Below, piece after piece: positions 25,250 to 46,110 of a DNA stretch of 64,000 bases (position 1 is the first letter of the stretch; each line of letters starts with the position of its first letter). The DNA comes from the human T2T-CHM13v2.0 reference genome, Homo sapiens, in NCBI RefSeq assembly GCF_009914755.1, contig NC_060944.1, one strand, 5' to 3'. A model generated the notes under the pieces. The model was not told the origin of the DNA. It did no database searches and worked only from the letters and a program-made list of their open reading frames with translations. A program made the position numbers and the translations under genes.

Positions 25250-28091
25250 CTATGTCTAACTAATTCAAGTACCCATTTTTCATTAGTTTTGACTTGCAGG
25301 TTATCTAAATGGACTCCCCACAGGGAACAGCAGTCACACTGCAAAAAGATTTATTTTTGGGGTTTTTGCCATTTGGTAACTGGACTAACAAACAGATTTT
25401 ATGTTTTATTGAAATAATTCCTACATCATTATTAAGTTTTGATTTGCTTAGGAAAACTGAGATTAATTTTGTTTTTAATTAAGGCTATTACCTACATGTA
25501 ACTTTCTGTATTACTTTTAAAATCCTTGTGCTATTGAGTTACAGGGTTTTGACTCCTGGATGCAAAAAGGACCAAGTTCTGCTGAATCTTAAACACTGAC
25601 AGCAGTTAAAGGCTCACCTTCAGACTTAGGAGATGATAACAATAAAAATAAACTGCATTCATGAAACACAGAGCCAGAAATTAAAACTATTCAACCCCTC
25701 TAGGCCCAGGGACTATTGAAGAAAAGGTGAGTGTGTGAGACTGTAAGGGCCAATTTTGAGAGAGAAAATTATATCAGAGTTTCTCTATAGATTAAACATT
25801 AATAATCAAAGAAACACCGATGCAAGACCAGCATCTGGGCCCCTGTGTCAGATTGACAAGGTTTTTCTTGGAGCATTAACCTACTCTTTAAAAAATTAGA
25901 AAAAGTTATAAAAAGGTTTAGGGAAGTTAAATCTTATGGTCAAGATGATTAAAATTTAATAGATTTGTTTATAAGACTTCAGGCAGATTTAATTGGCCTC
26001 ATGCTTTCTTTATTAGTACTTATTGTTTGGGAAATTAAGTCTCCTCTCTCAAAGAAAAAGGCTTTTGCCTTTAAAAAAAATATTTCAGTTATCACTTTGG
26101 CTGAATGAATGACTTATTTTACAATTTCCTGTGATCCCATTTATGATATCAAGTGTTTTAAACTTTTTTTATATTTGACAAACTTTCCAAAATCAAGTTC
26201 TAAATTCAGTCCTTTGACCTTTTAATTTTTTGATATTAGGTCCCCTGAAGTCCAAAAGAGACATATTTTGCTTATTTGGCATAATAAAACCATACAAGAA
26301 GCATCATCAAATATGAAATGGTGTTTAACGTTCTTTGGATTATATTTATATAAATGTGTTATTAGTATGTATTCCAAAATTATATGAGATTCCTGTGATT
26401 CTGATACATCTTAGTACATGTTATCAGTAGTAATTATGATTATTATGTCAAATTGTTGTATGCCGCAGGAGTAACCAAATTTCCTTGTAAATTGTGTCTT
26501 TAACCATGACCGTTCTAAGACTTTCATTATCCACAATTGTGGTTTTACTTTGGTCTGTTTATAGAGTGGTTTATAATCAGCTATAGACCTCTGAGGAGTA
26601 CTCTTAAATATGAGTTTCTGATAGTATTAGAGACTGTGCGATTGGAATAAAGAGAAAAACTTCCAGAACTCTCATGGAAAGTTGATGTATTCATGAGGGT
26701 TGTTGATCGACTATTGAGAAGAACAGGAGTTAATTGCATGGACTGAACTAATAGAAGATTGAAATAATTACAATAATCCTTTATGGCTTTTTATTTAAAA
26801 ATTTGCCAGTTCTCTTTGTTTTATTTTTCAGATTTAAGAAAATTTTCTCTTCTTTTAAGCTATGTACAGCTTTTAACAATTGAGTAAATTATACTCTAGT
26901 GAGCAAAATTTAAAACATAATTTCTTTCTCTCTACCTCATTTCCCCAAAATTTGGAAATTATTTGTAAGTATTCTTAATTTATGGCAATATAGTTATTTA
27001 TATAAGCTCAATAAGAATCTGTTTTCTTTTATAACAGGATGTAATTGGAGATACTGGTTAGTTTACCAACGCTTTGACTGGAATGACATATATTCAGACT
27101 GCCCTGAGAAAATAAGGCTAACTTTTAGAGCCACTAAAAACCCCTTGGAAAGATTGGCCTTATACCTTGTTATTTACAGGGTCCTGGCCTGTGGTAAGTA
27201 AAGAATGTCACTTTCAGACATACCTAGGAACCCCAAGGTTTTTTGGAGACCTCAAAAAGAGAGGAATTTATTCCATTTACACAGGTATCTGCAGGCACAG
27301 ATAAATCCTTGACTGGCCTCATGGCTTTAGAAAAGCCCTAATCTCAGATTCCTTATGGAAAAGCTTCCAGCAAAGCCAAATTTTTCAAAAAGACAGCCTA
27401 TATGGCAAATGATTATTGTTGCTGCACTTCATGTAAATAATCAAGCCAATAATAAGACTAAAACTTACTTTACAAATAAAGTGGTCCTACTATGATTTTG
27501 TCTTTAATAAAATGGGAGAATTGGAGAGAGAAAAATCATGTTTCAAAATAAACTCTAGTACACCTGTTATTGGATTCTAACTTTGTCAAGTGTTTTTCAA
27601 CTTTTATTATATTCTACAATTTGGACTGAATTCTAAAATATTTCGTGACTACAAGTTTCCAAAATAATGTTTTCATTTTTTTCTTCTCTCCTTTCCTTTT
27701 TCTGCCATTTTTCCTGATTTTAAATACTGAAGCTAGACAACATAAACTTATGTATCTCTATATATAAACAAATTTTATACCTACCTACTGATGTATTGAC
27801 TTCGGAGTAATATGGCCTATATCAGTTTTCCAGGATTGTTCTCCCTTTTTAAAAAATATTTGTTATTTTCTCATCTTTCCTCTGCTTCCTTTCTCTGTCC
27901 TTCACCTATTTTTTCTTTGTAGAATATAAGACTTCATAACTGGCTAAAAATGAGTTTTCCTAACAACGTGGGACCTTACCCCTCTAGGAATGGGCCATCC
28001 CAATCGTGAGAGATCAGACAAATCCTGAGATCAGAGACTCATTTTCTTCTAAAATGCATTTTCTGAAAGAGTTTAAAAGAAAAAATAGGGA

Positions 28092-28188
28092 GGTTGGTCC
28101 AATGGTAGTGGGTTATCAGAACTTATTAACACTAGTGTCACTAAAGTTGGTATATGACCCCCCCACTGCTAAATTTGACTGGCTTTTT
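28092..28188 (+). pseudogene. Y4 RNA (RNY4) pseudogene
   Basis: ggttggtccaatggtagtgggttatcagaacttattaacactagtgtcactaaagttggtata...cccccactgctaaatttgactggcttttt matches recalled hY4 end to end with a few substitutions. Confidence 0.93.
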
Positions 28189-28681
28189 AAAAAGTGGCGG
28201 TGAGAATTGTGAAAAGAAAATAAATTTACTATGCCAAAGGAAAAATATTAAGCTGAAAGCTGAGTCATGCAAGCAACTACCTTTCCTTTTGTTCCTAAGT
28301 AGATAACTACAGATAAAAGGTTAAATATTTCCACAGGTAGCTACTTTATGTTCATCTTATCTTATGTAACGTGTCAATTTACTGAGTGTGACACCAATAC
28401 ATAATTGACTATTCCCTTGCTTGCTCCTTTTCTCTTGCAATATGTGGATTACCATACTCTCCCTCTTTCCTCTCTATCCCACTTTTCTCCTTTAAATGTT
28501 GAAGCCCTGAAAGTCATCTTTGGAGAAAGGCACAGACTTGTTTCCCAAGCACATCATTCACCTTGGCAAAATAAGCTTCTAAATTCATTGAGAGCTTTAT
28601 CAGATACTTTTTCGTTCATACTTGCTCTTTCTAGGACCTGGTATTGTTTCTTATATTCTTAAATTGCTTTGACAGTATTGA

Positions 28682-29053
<372 letters not shown>

Positions 29054-29129
29054 AACATTTTTTTTAAAGGAAATGATTCACTTCTAATACCTGTAAACAA
29101 GTTAAACTTAGTCATCCAGGAGTAATGTT

Positions 29130-31988
<2,859 letters not shown>

Positions 31989-33047
31989 GGAGAGACGGAG
32001 GGTGGAGCCAAGATGGCCGAATAGGAACAGCTCCAGTCTACAGCTCCCAGCATGAGCGACGCAGAAGACGGATGATTTCTGCATTTCCCTCTGAGGTACT
32101 GGGCTCATCTCACTAGGGAGTGCCCGACAGTGGGTGCAGGACAGTGGGTGCAGCGCGCTGTGTGCCAGCCGAAGCAGGGTGAGGCACTGCCTCACTCAGG
32201 AAGCGCAAGGGGTCAGGGAGTTCCCTTTCCTAGTCAAAGAAAGGGGTGACAGACAGCACCTGGAAAATCGGGTCATTCCCACCCTAAAACTGTGCTTTTC
32301 CAATGGGCTTTAAAAATGGCGCACCAGGAGATTATATCCCACACCTGGCTCGGAGGGTCCTACGCCCACGGAGTCTCTCTGATTGCTAGCACAGCAGTCT
32401 GAGATCAAACTGCAAGGTGGCAGCGAGGCTGGGGGAGAGGCGTCTGCCATTGCCCAGGCTTGATTAGGCAAACAAAGCAGCCGGGAAGCTCAAACTGGGT
32501 GGAGCCCACCACAGCTCAAGGAGGCCTGCCTGCCTCTGTAGGTTCCACCTCTGGGGGTAGGGCACAGACAAACAAAAAGACAGCAGTAACCTCTGCAGAC
32601 TTAAATGTCCCTGTCTGACAGCTTTGAAGAGAGTAGTGGTTCTCCCAACATGCAGCTGGAGATCTGAGAACTGGCAGACTGCCTCCTCAAGCAGGTCCTT
32701 GACCCCCGAGCAGCATAACTGGGAGGCACCTCCCAGTAGGGGCAGACTGACACCTCACATGGCCGGTTACTCCTCTGAGACAAAACTTCCAGAGGAACAA
32801 TCAGGCAGCAGCATTTGCAGTTCACCAAGATCCGCTGTTCTACAGCCACCGCTGTTCCACAGCCACCGCTGCTGATATCCAGGCAAACAGGGTCTGGAGT
32901 GGACCTCTAGCAAACTCCAACAGACCTGCAGCTGAGGGTCCTTCCTGTCTGTTAGAAGGAAAACTAACAAACAGAAAGGACATCCACACCAAAAACCCTT
33001 CTGTACGTCACCATCATCAAAGACCAAAAGTAGATAAAGCCACAAAG

Positions 33048-34064
33048 ATGGGGGAAAAACAGAGCAGAAAAACTGGAAACTCTAAAAAGCAGAGCACCTC
33101 TCCTCCTCCAAAGGAACGCAGCTCCTCACCAGCAATGGAACAAAGCTGGACGGAGAATGACTTTGACGAGCTGAGAGAAGAAGGCTTCAGATGATCAAAC
33201 TACTCCGAGCTACAGGAGGAAATTCAAACCAATGGCAAAGAAGTTAAAAACTTTGAAAAAAAATTAGATGAATGGATAACTAGAATAACCAACGCAGAGA
33301 AGTCCTTAAAGGAGCTGATGGAGCTGAAAACCAAGGCTTGAGAAATACGTGAAGAATGCAGAAGCCTCAGGAGCTGAGGCGATCAACTGGAAGAAAGGGT
33401 ATCAGTGATGGAAGACAAAATGAATGAAATGAAGTGAGAAGGGAAGATTAGAGAAAAAAGAATAAAAAGAAATGAAAAAAGCCTTCAAGAAATATGGGAC
33501 TATGTGAAAAGACCAAATCTAAGTCTGATTGGTGTACCTGAAAGTGATGGGGAGAATGGAACCAAGTTGGAAAACACTCTGCAGGATATTATCCAGGAGA
33601 ACTTCCCCAATCTAGCAAGGCAGGCCAACATTCAGATTCAGGAAATACAGAGAATGCCACAAAGATACTCCTCAAGAAGAGCAACTCCAAGACACATAAT
33701 TGTCAGATTCATCAACGTTGAAATGAAGGAAAAAATGTTAAGGGCAGCCAGAGAGAAAGGTCGGGTTACCCACAAAGGGAAGCCCATCAGACTAACAGCA
33801 GATCTCTCGGCAGAAACTCTACAAGCCAGAAGAGAGTGGGGGCCAATATTCAACATTCTTAAAGAAAAGAATTTTCAACCCAGAATTTCATATCCAGCCA
33901 AACTAAGCTTCATAAGTGAAGGAGAAATAAAATACTTTACAGACAAGCAAATGCTGAGAGATTTTGTCACCACCAGGCCTGTCCTAAAAGAGCTCCTGAA
34001 GGAAGCACTAAACATGGAAAGGAACAACTGGTACCAGCCACTGCAAAAACATGCCAAAATGTAA
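33048..34064 (+). pseudogene. L1 ORF1p, disrupted
   Basis: ATG at 33048; in-frame TGA at 33192, 33339, 33375 and 33435. The C-terminal part is ORF track 33504..34064. Confidence 0.93.
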
Positions 34065-34128
34065 AGACCATCAAGTCTAGGAAGAAAACTGCATCAACTA
34101 ACGAGCAAAATAACCAGCTAACATCATA

Positions 34129-37956
<3,828 letters not shown>

Positions 37957-39106
37957 ACAGTGAGATCACATGGACACAGGAAGGGGAACATCACACTCCG
38001 GAGACTGTTGTGGGGTGGGGGGAGGGGGGAGGGATAGCATTAGGAGATATACCTAATGCTAATGACGAGTTGATGGGTGCAACACACCAACATGGCACAT
38101 GTATACATATGTAAGAAACCTGCACATTGTGCACATGTACCCTAAAACTTAAAGTATAATAATAATAAATAAATACATAAATAAACAAAAAACACAAAAG
38201 AAGGCAGTATTGCAGGAATTGAAAAATGAAAAATATATAATCCATATAGAAAACAAATCCCAAAATGGCAGAAGTAAATGCTTCCTCATCAGTAATTATT
38301 TTAAGTGTAAATGTATTAAATTATTTAATTAAAAGGGAGAAATCACTAAAATGAATTTTTAAAATATGAACCAACTGTGTACTATCTACAAGAGACTCAC
38401 TTTAGATCCAAAGGCATAAGAGGTAGACAATGAATAGACAGGAAACATATATTACATGGAAATAGTAACCAAGACAGAGCTGGAGTGACTGTCCTAATAT
38501 CTGACAAAGTAGATTTAAGTCAAAAATTGTTACAAGGGACGAAGAATGATATTATACGTTTATGTTATGTTATATGTTATGAAAAAGTCAATCCATCAAG
38601 AAGTTAGAAAAATTATAAACATAGATGTGTAACAGTGTGAGCCCCATAATATATATGAAACAAAAATTAACAAAATTAAAAACAGAAACAGGCCATTTTA
38701 TAATAATAGTTGAAGACTTCAGTACCCCATTTTCACTAATGGATTATTGAGCTATAGAGCAACTAGATAGAAGATTAATAAGGAAACAGAGGACTTAAGT
38801 ATCACTGTAAACCAACTAGACCTAATAGACATATGTAGAACACTTCACCCAACAACAGCAGATTACACATGCTTCTCAAGAGCACATGAAATATTCTTCA
38901 AATATTCTTAGGCTGCAAAATTATCTTCAGTAGGTATAAAAAGGCTGAAATAACACAAAGCATCTTGTCCGGCCACAATGAAACGAAAGCAGAAGTCAAT
39001 AACAGAAGGAAAACTGGAAATTTCACGAATATGTGGAAATTAACACATTCATAAGCAACCAGTGGATAAAAGAAGAAAACAGAAGGGAAATTTAAAAATG
39101 CTTTGA

Positions 39107-39768
39107 CTGGAGTCACTGCTGCTAAGGTCCCTACCACAGATGCAAGAAAAAAGCTTTTTGCTTTCTGTCTGATTATGACAGCTAAGATTGAATGCAGCAA
39201 TATAGAAACTACATAAACATGGAGGGGGCAGATAATTTTTGCAACTCAGAAATAACCTTATAAACAGCAAATAACTGGTTTTACTCAAAAAAGAAAAAGG
39301 AATCTCAAATTTGAGTTTATGTTAGAAGTGGAAAATTGTTTCCCTCATGTCCTTGCCTTCTGGTTGATTCTACTTTAGAAGCATAAATATCAAAACTATT
39401 TTAGATTAAAAGCAAATTAATGATTTTATTTTTTTTCTTTTGGAAACAGGGTCTCACTCTATTGCCCAGGCTGGAGTGCAGTGGCACAATCTCAGCTCAC
39501 TGCAACATCCACTTCCCAGGTTCAAGCCATTCTCATTCATACATCAGCCTCACGAGTAGCTGGAATTACAGGCATGGGCCACCACATCTGGCTAATTTTT
39601 GTAGTTTTAGTAGAGATGGGGTTTCACCACGTTAGCCAGGCTTGTCTTAAACTCCTGGTCTCAAGTGATCTGCCTGCCTTGGCTTCCCAAAATGCTGGGA
39701 TTACAGGCGTGAGCCACCACGCCTGGCTACAAATGAATGATTCTTTAATAAAAATAAAAATAAACAAT
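39107..39768 (+). pseudogene. Orphan retrotransposed polyadenylated fragment (~330 bp unique) with a later Alu inside
   Basis: 11-bp TSD aaatgctttga at 39096-39106 and 39769-39779, ATTAAA at 39405, A-rich tail at 39747-39768. Confidence 0.75.
39424..39728 (-). mobile_element. Alu
   Basis: Antisense Alu; flanks caaattaatgatt and caaatgaatgatt. Confidence 0.93.
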
Positions 39769-39971
39769 AAATGCTTTGAGATGAATGAAACAAAAACACA
39801 ATATACCAAAACTTATGGGATGCAGCAAAAACAATGCTCAAAAAATTTATAGCTATAAATGCCTACAAGAAAAAGAAGGAGTTCAAATTAATAATTTAAC
39901 CTTTGATCCTGGGAAACTAGAAAAGGAAAAAGCAGACTCAATTTAGAGCAAGATCAGAGTGGAAATTATAG

Positions 39972-40405
<434 letters not shown>

Positions 40406-41477
40406 AGAAAATCAGAAATTAAAGTGGGGCCACTACTGCAGACCTTACAGAAATAAAGATTATAAGAGCATATTATGAATAATTGTATGTCAGGAAATTA
40501 GATAACATAGATGACATGTACAAATTGCTAGACACGTACAAACTAACAAAACTTAATCAGGAGTAAATAGAAAATCTGAACAGAGCTATAACTAGCAAGG
40601 AGATTGAGTCGGTAATGAAAAATCTCCTAATAAAGAAAACCTCAAAACCACATGGCTTCAATGGTGAATTCTACCAAACATTTAAAGAAAAATTAACAGC
40701 AATCCTCCTTAAACTCTTCCAAAAGGTAGAAAAGGAGGGAACAATACCTAACTCATTCTATGAGGCCAGTAATTACCCTGAGAGCAAACTTTGGCAAACA
40801 TATCACAAGGAAGGAAAAATAGAGGCCAATATCCCTTATGGATATAGATGAAAAAATCCTCAATAAAATACTAGTAAACCAAACCCAGGAGTACATTAAA
40901 AGGATTATACAGCACAGCCAAGTGAGTTCCTGATTCAGCATAAGAAAATTAATGTAGTACACCACATTATTAGAATGAAGAGAACAAACTACATTCCATT
41001 TATATGAAATATTCAGAATAGAATAATCCACAGAGACAAGATTAGTGGTTGTCAGGGGCCAGGAGGAAAGGCGAAATAGGGAGTGACTGCTTAATGGGCA
41101 TAGGGTCACTTTTTGGGGTGCAAAAATGTTCTAGATCTGGATAGCAATGATGGCTGCAGAACATTGTGATTGTCACTGCCATGTACACTTTAAAGTATAT
41201 AAGCCACTGACTTCTATACTTTCAAATGATAAATTCTATATGAATTTTACCTCAATTAAAAAAAATGTAGCCATCTAAATCTTATAAACAGGGCGATCGA
41301 ATAACAGAACCAAAACAAAACAATCTAGAGCTGTGCATTTACTTTTTTTTTGGTGCCACAAAAGTATTTGAGGTCTAAAATTATCAATGTAAAATAAAAC
41401 TTACACACATTTGGTAAATCCTAAAATGTTAGCAATGGCCTTTCAATTGTTTTCAACAGAGAAAAAGATAATACACA

Positions 41478-41929
<452 letters not shown>

Positions 41930-42409
41930 TAAGTTAGTGTAAATATCAAGGCTCTCCTGCCTTCTGTACTCAAGAAAATTTATAAGTCCACATTTCTGCT
42001 TCAGATTTTCTAAAACAAATGGTTTCTGCCATATTCACTGAGAAAACTAATAAATTGGAAATCAGTATCAGTAAGAAAAAAATCTATCCATACACAAATT
42101 TTTAAATTTATTTTTTATTTGTATAAATGTATGGGGTACAAGTATAATTTGGTTATAGATAAATTGTATAGAGCAGTCAGTGTTTTTAGTGTATCCATCA
42201 CTGGAGTAATGTACATTGTACCATTAAGTGCTTTCTCATTGTCCTCAGCCAACCCTCTTCTCACCACCCCACCAACCTAAGTCTCCATTGTCTATCATTC
42301 CACACTCTACTTCCATGTGTACACATTATTCAACACCCACTTAGAAGTGAGAACATGTGGTATTTGTCTTTCTGTGTCTGAATTCTTTCACTTAAGAAAA
42401 TAGCCTCCA

Positions 42410-42714
42410 GGCCAGGCGTGGTGGCTCACGCCTGTAATCCCAACACTTTGGGAGGCCCAGGCGGGCGGATCACGAGGTCAGCAGATCAAGACCATCCTGG
42501 CTAACATGGTGAAACCCCGTCTCCACCAAAAATACCAAAAAAATTAGCCAGGCGTGTTGGCGGGAGCCTCTAGTCCCAGCTACTCCGGGGGCTGAGCCAG
42601 GAGAATGGCGTGAACCCGGGAGGCGGGGCTTGCAGTGAGTCGAGATCGCGCCCCTGCACTCCAGCCTGGGCGGCAGAGCGAGACTCCGTCTCAAAAAAAA
42701 AAAAAAAAAAAGAA
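42410..42714 (+). mobile_element. AluY
   Basis: CpG-rich; diagnostic ggatcacgaggtca and gaatggcgtgaacccggg; TSD aagaaaatagcctcca on both sides. Confidence 0.93.
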
Positions 42715-42963
42715 AAGAAAATAGCCTCCAGTTTCATCTATGTTGCTGCAAAAGACATGATTTCATTCTTTTTTATGGCTGAAGAGTATTCATATATATA
42801 TACCACATATTCTTATCCAATCATGGGTTGATGGAAACTTAGGTTGATTCCATATCTTTGCTATTGTGAATAGTGCTGTAATAAACATCTATGTGCAGGT
42901 ATCTTTTTGATTTAATTATTTTTCCTTTGAGTAGATACCCAGCTGGATCATATGGTAGCTCTA

Positions 42964-43273
<310 letters not shown>

Positions 43274-43479
43274 CTGTTTGCCATCTTTTGAAAAGTGTCT
43301 ATAGATACCCTTAGCCCAGTTTTTGATGAGATTATTTTTGCTGTTGTTAGTAGTCTGAGTTCCTTATAAATTCTGGATATTCATCCCCTGTTGGATATAT
43401 AGTTTGGATATTCATCCCCTGTTGTATATATAGTTTGCACATATTTTCTCCCATTCTGCAGGTTGTCATTTTATTCTGT

Positions 43480-43510
<31 letters not shown>

Positions 43511-45072
43511 GGTGTACAGAAGCTTTTTAGTTTAATTAAGTTCCATTTGTCTATTTTTGTTTTTGTTGCCTGCACACAAATTTAATAATTTCTCATGATC
43601 TCTTGGGTTAATAATGTCACATCTGAAATTAGATTTCAAAATTAAAGATATTGGTAACACTATAAATTGAAAATACTTCTTAGCCAAGTGTCCTCAAAAA
43701 ATAATTCTTAGCCTTAAATGGGAACAAGAAAGGCTAAAATTTTAAAAGTATGTGTGCAAATCAAGAACCTAGAAAAAAATCAGCCAAATAAACCTAAGAA
43801 AAAAGACAAAGTATTACACAAATTGGTATAATAAAAATGTAGGCCTTATCAGTAATATCCACAATATTGCTGAGGCAGACAATCATTTGTAGTTCAGATT
43901 AAGTTAAAAGTCATTAATTTCAGGAAAAATAAATATTACACTGCAAAAGATTTAAAAAACATATGTTCCATGTTTACAAAATTGTATATACATACACAAA
44001 CACAAATACACAAATATTTCTAGATTTGAAAATCTAGATAAAATAGATGTTTAGGAAAATATAGCTGATCAAAATTTAAACAAAGCAAGTTAAAAAATAA
44101 AAAGAAACCAAAATCACAACAATTGAAAAGTTAGACAAAAAATTATCTCAAAGACACCATATTTGAGGTGTTATTAAAATTTTTACCAAAATTAATTTGC
44201 TCTATAATCCCAATGTTTAATCAATGGGTCCAGAAATAGATGAAAAGGTGGAAAGTTAGCAAAGCATTTGTTTAGTTAAAAACAACAAGAACAACTAAAA
44301 CAACTAAACAACTAAATCCTACTTATTAGCATAACGATAAATATACTAAAATAGCAGAGAAACAAATCCTGCAATGTAAAAAGACTGACACAGCCAATTA
44401 GGGTTTACCAAGAAGTTTAAGGACAGTTCAACATTAGAAAAACCTATCACTGTAGTTTCCTAAAGGAATTGACTTTTAAAAAGAAAATAACATTTTAATA
44501 GATAGTGTGAAATTATCCCTTACAAAATAATGCCACACCTGAGCAGAGAAATTTTAGAAATACTGGAAGAGAGAAGATATTTACCTGATTAATGAAATCA
44601 ACCAAAATCCTGGAATAAACATTTTGTTGGATAGTGAAATGCTAGAATAAATGAGAAAATTAAAAATTCTTCAGAAGATGTCCACTATTATGGTCCCAAC
44701 TCAGTCCATTAGAACAAAGAAATAAGGTTTACAATTATGTTATAATGAAGTTATATAAAGTTATAAATAAAACAAAACCCTCAGCAATTGCAAATGTTAT
44801 CTTCCAAAATATGCGATGAAAGAAACTGAAAACCTAAGTGAAAGATGCCAATCTGAAAAGGGTGCATACATTATGATTCCAACTATACAGCATTCTGGGA
44901 AAGGCAAAACTGTAGAGACAATAAATGATCAGTGGTTGCCAGAGACTCAGGAGGAGGAAGGGAAGGATGAATAGGAGGAGCATATGGGATTTTCAAGGCA
45001 GCAAAACTCTTCTGGATGGTACTGCAATGGCAGGTACGTGACATTACGTGTTTGTCAAAACCCGTGGATCGT

Positions 45073-45400
<328 letters not shown>

Positions 45401-45992
45401 CTATGAACTTTAGTTAATAAGGTTTCAATAGTGGTTCATCAATTGTAACAAATGTTCCACATTAATATAAAATGTTAATAAAAGGAGAAACTGTACTGAA
45501 GGAAGAAGGGGTTATGGGAATTCCTTTTTTGCCCAAATTTTCTGTAAATTGAAAAACTGCTCTAAAAATAGTCATTTTTAAAAAGAGAGTTTTGGTAAGA
45601 AAACCATATAAGAAAGAAAACATTCTTACATATCTGCAAATGCCAGTGACACAACATCATTAAAAATACGTCATTTAGACATCAGGAAACACTTTAAGTA
45701 GCTAGCAAGTAACCTATGAAAAAATATCTAGGATTTACAAGAAGAAAATTATAAAACTTTACTGAGAATATTTCTAAAAGCACATATAATTTAAAAAATG
45801 CAAACATGATTTCTATAAAAGATTCAACACTTTAAAGATGTTAATTCCTCCTTTTTCTTACATGCATATTGATCTATAAATGCAATAACTTTTTTCCACT
45901 TGAGATTTTTAGTGGATTTGGATACTAAAGTTCATTTACAAGATAAAATTTCTGAGAAGAGCAAATAAAATTTTGTTAAAGAACAATGGGAG

Positions 45993-46110
45993 ATCCTTTT
46001 GTAGTTCGCGTGACGATGGGGTGTTCACACGCATGTGTGAGATGTGCCACCCTTGAACCTTGTTATGATGTCGTCACATTACCCATCCAACATGAACTTG
46101 AAAAAAAAAA
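45993..46110 (+). pseudogene. U13 snoRNA (SNORD13) retropseudogene
   Basis: atccttttgtagttc...gtgtgagatgtgccacccttgaaccttgtta...cacattaccc matches recalled U13, followed by an A10 tail at 46101-46110; inserted in an old L1 ORF2 fragment. Confidence 0.9.
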
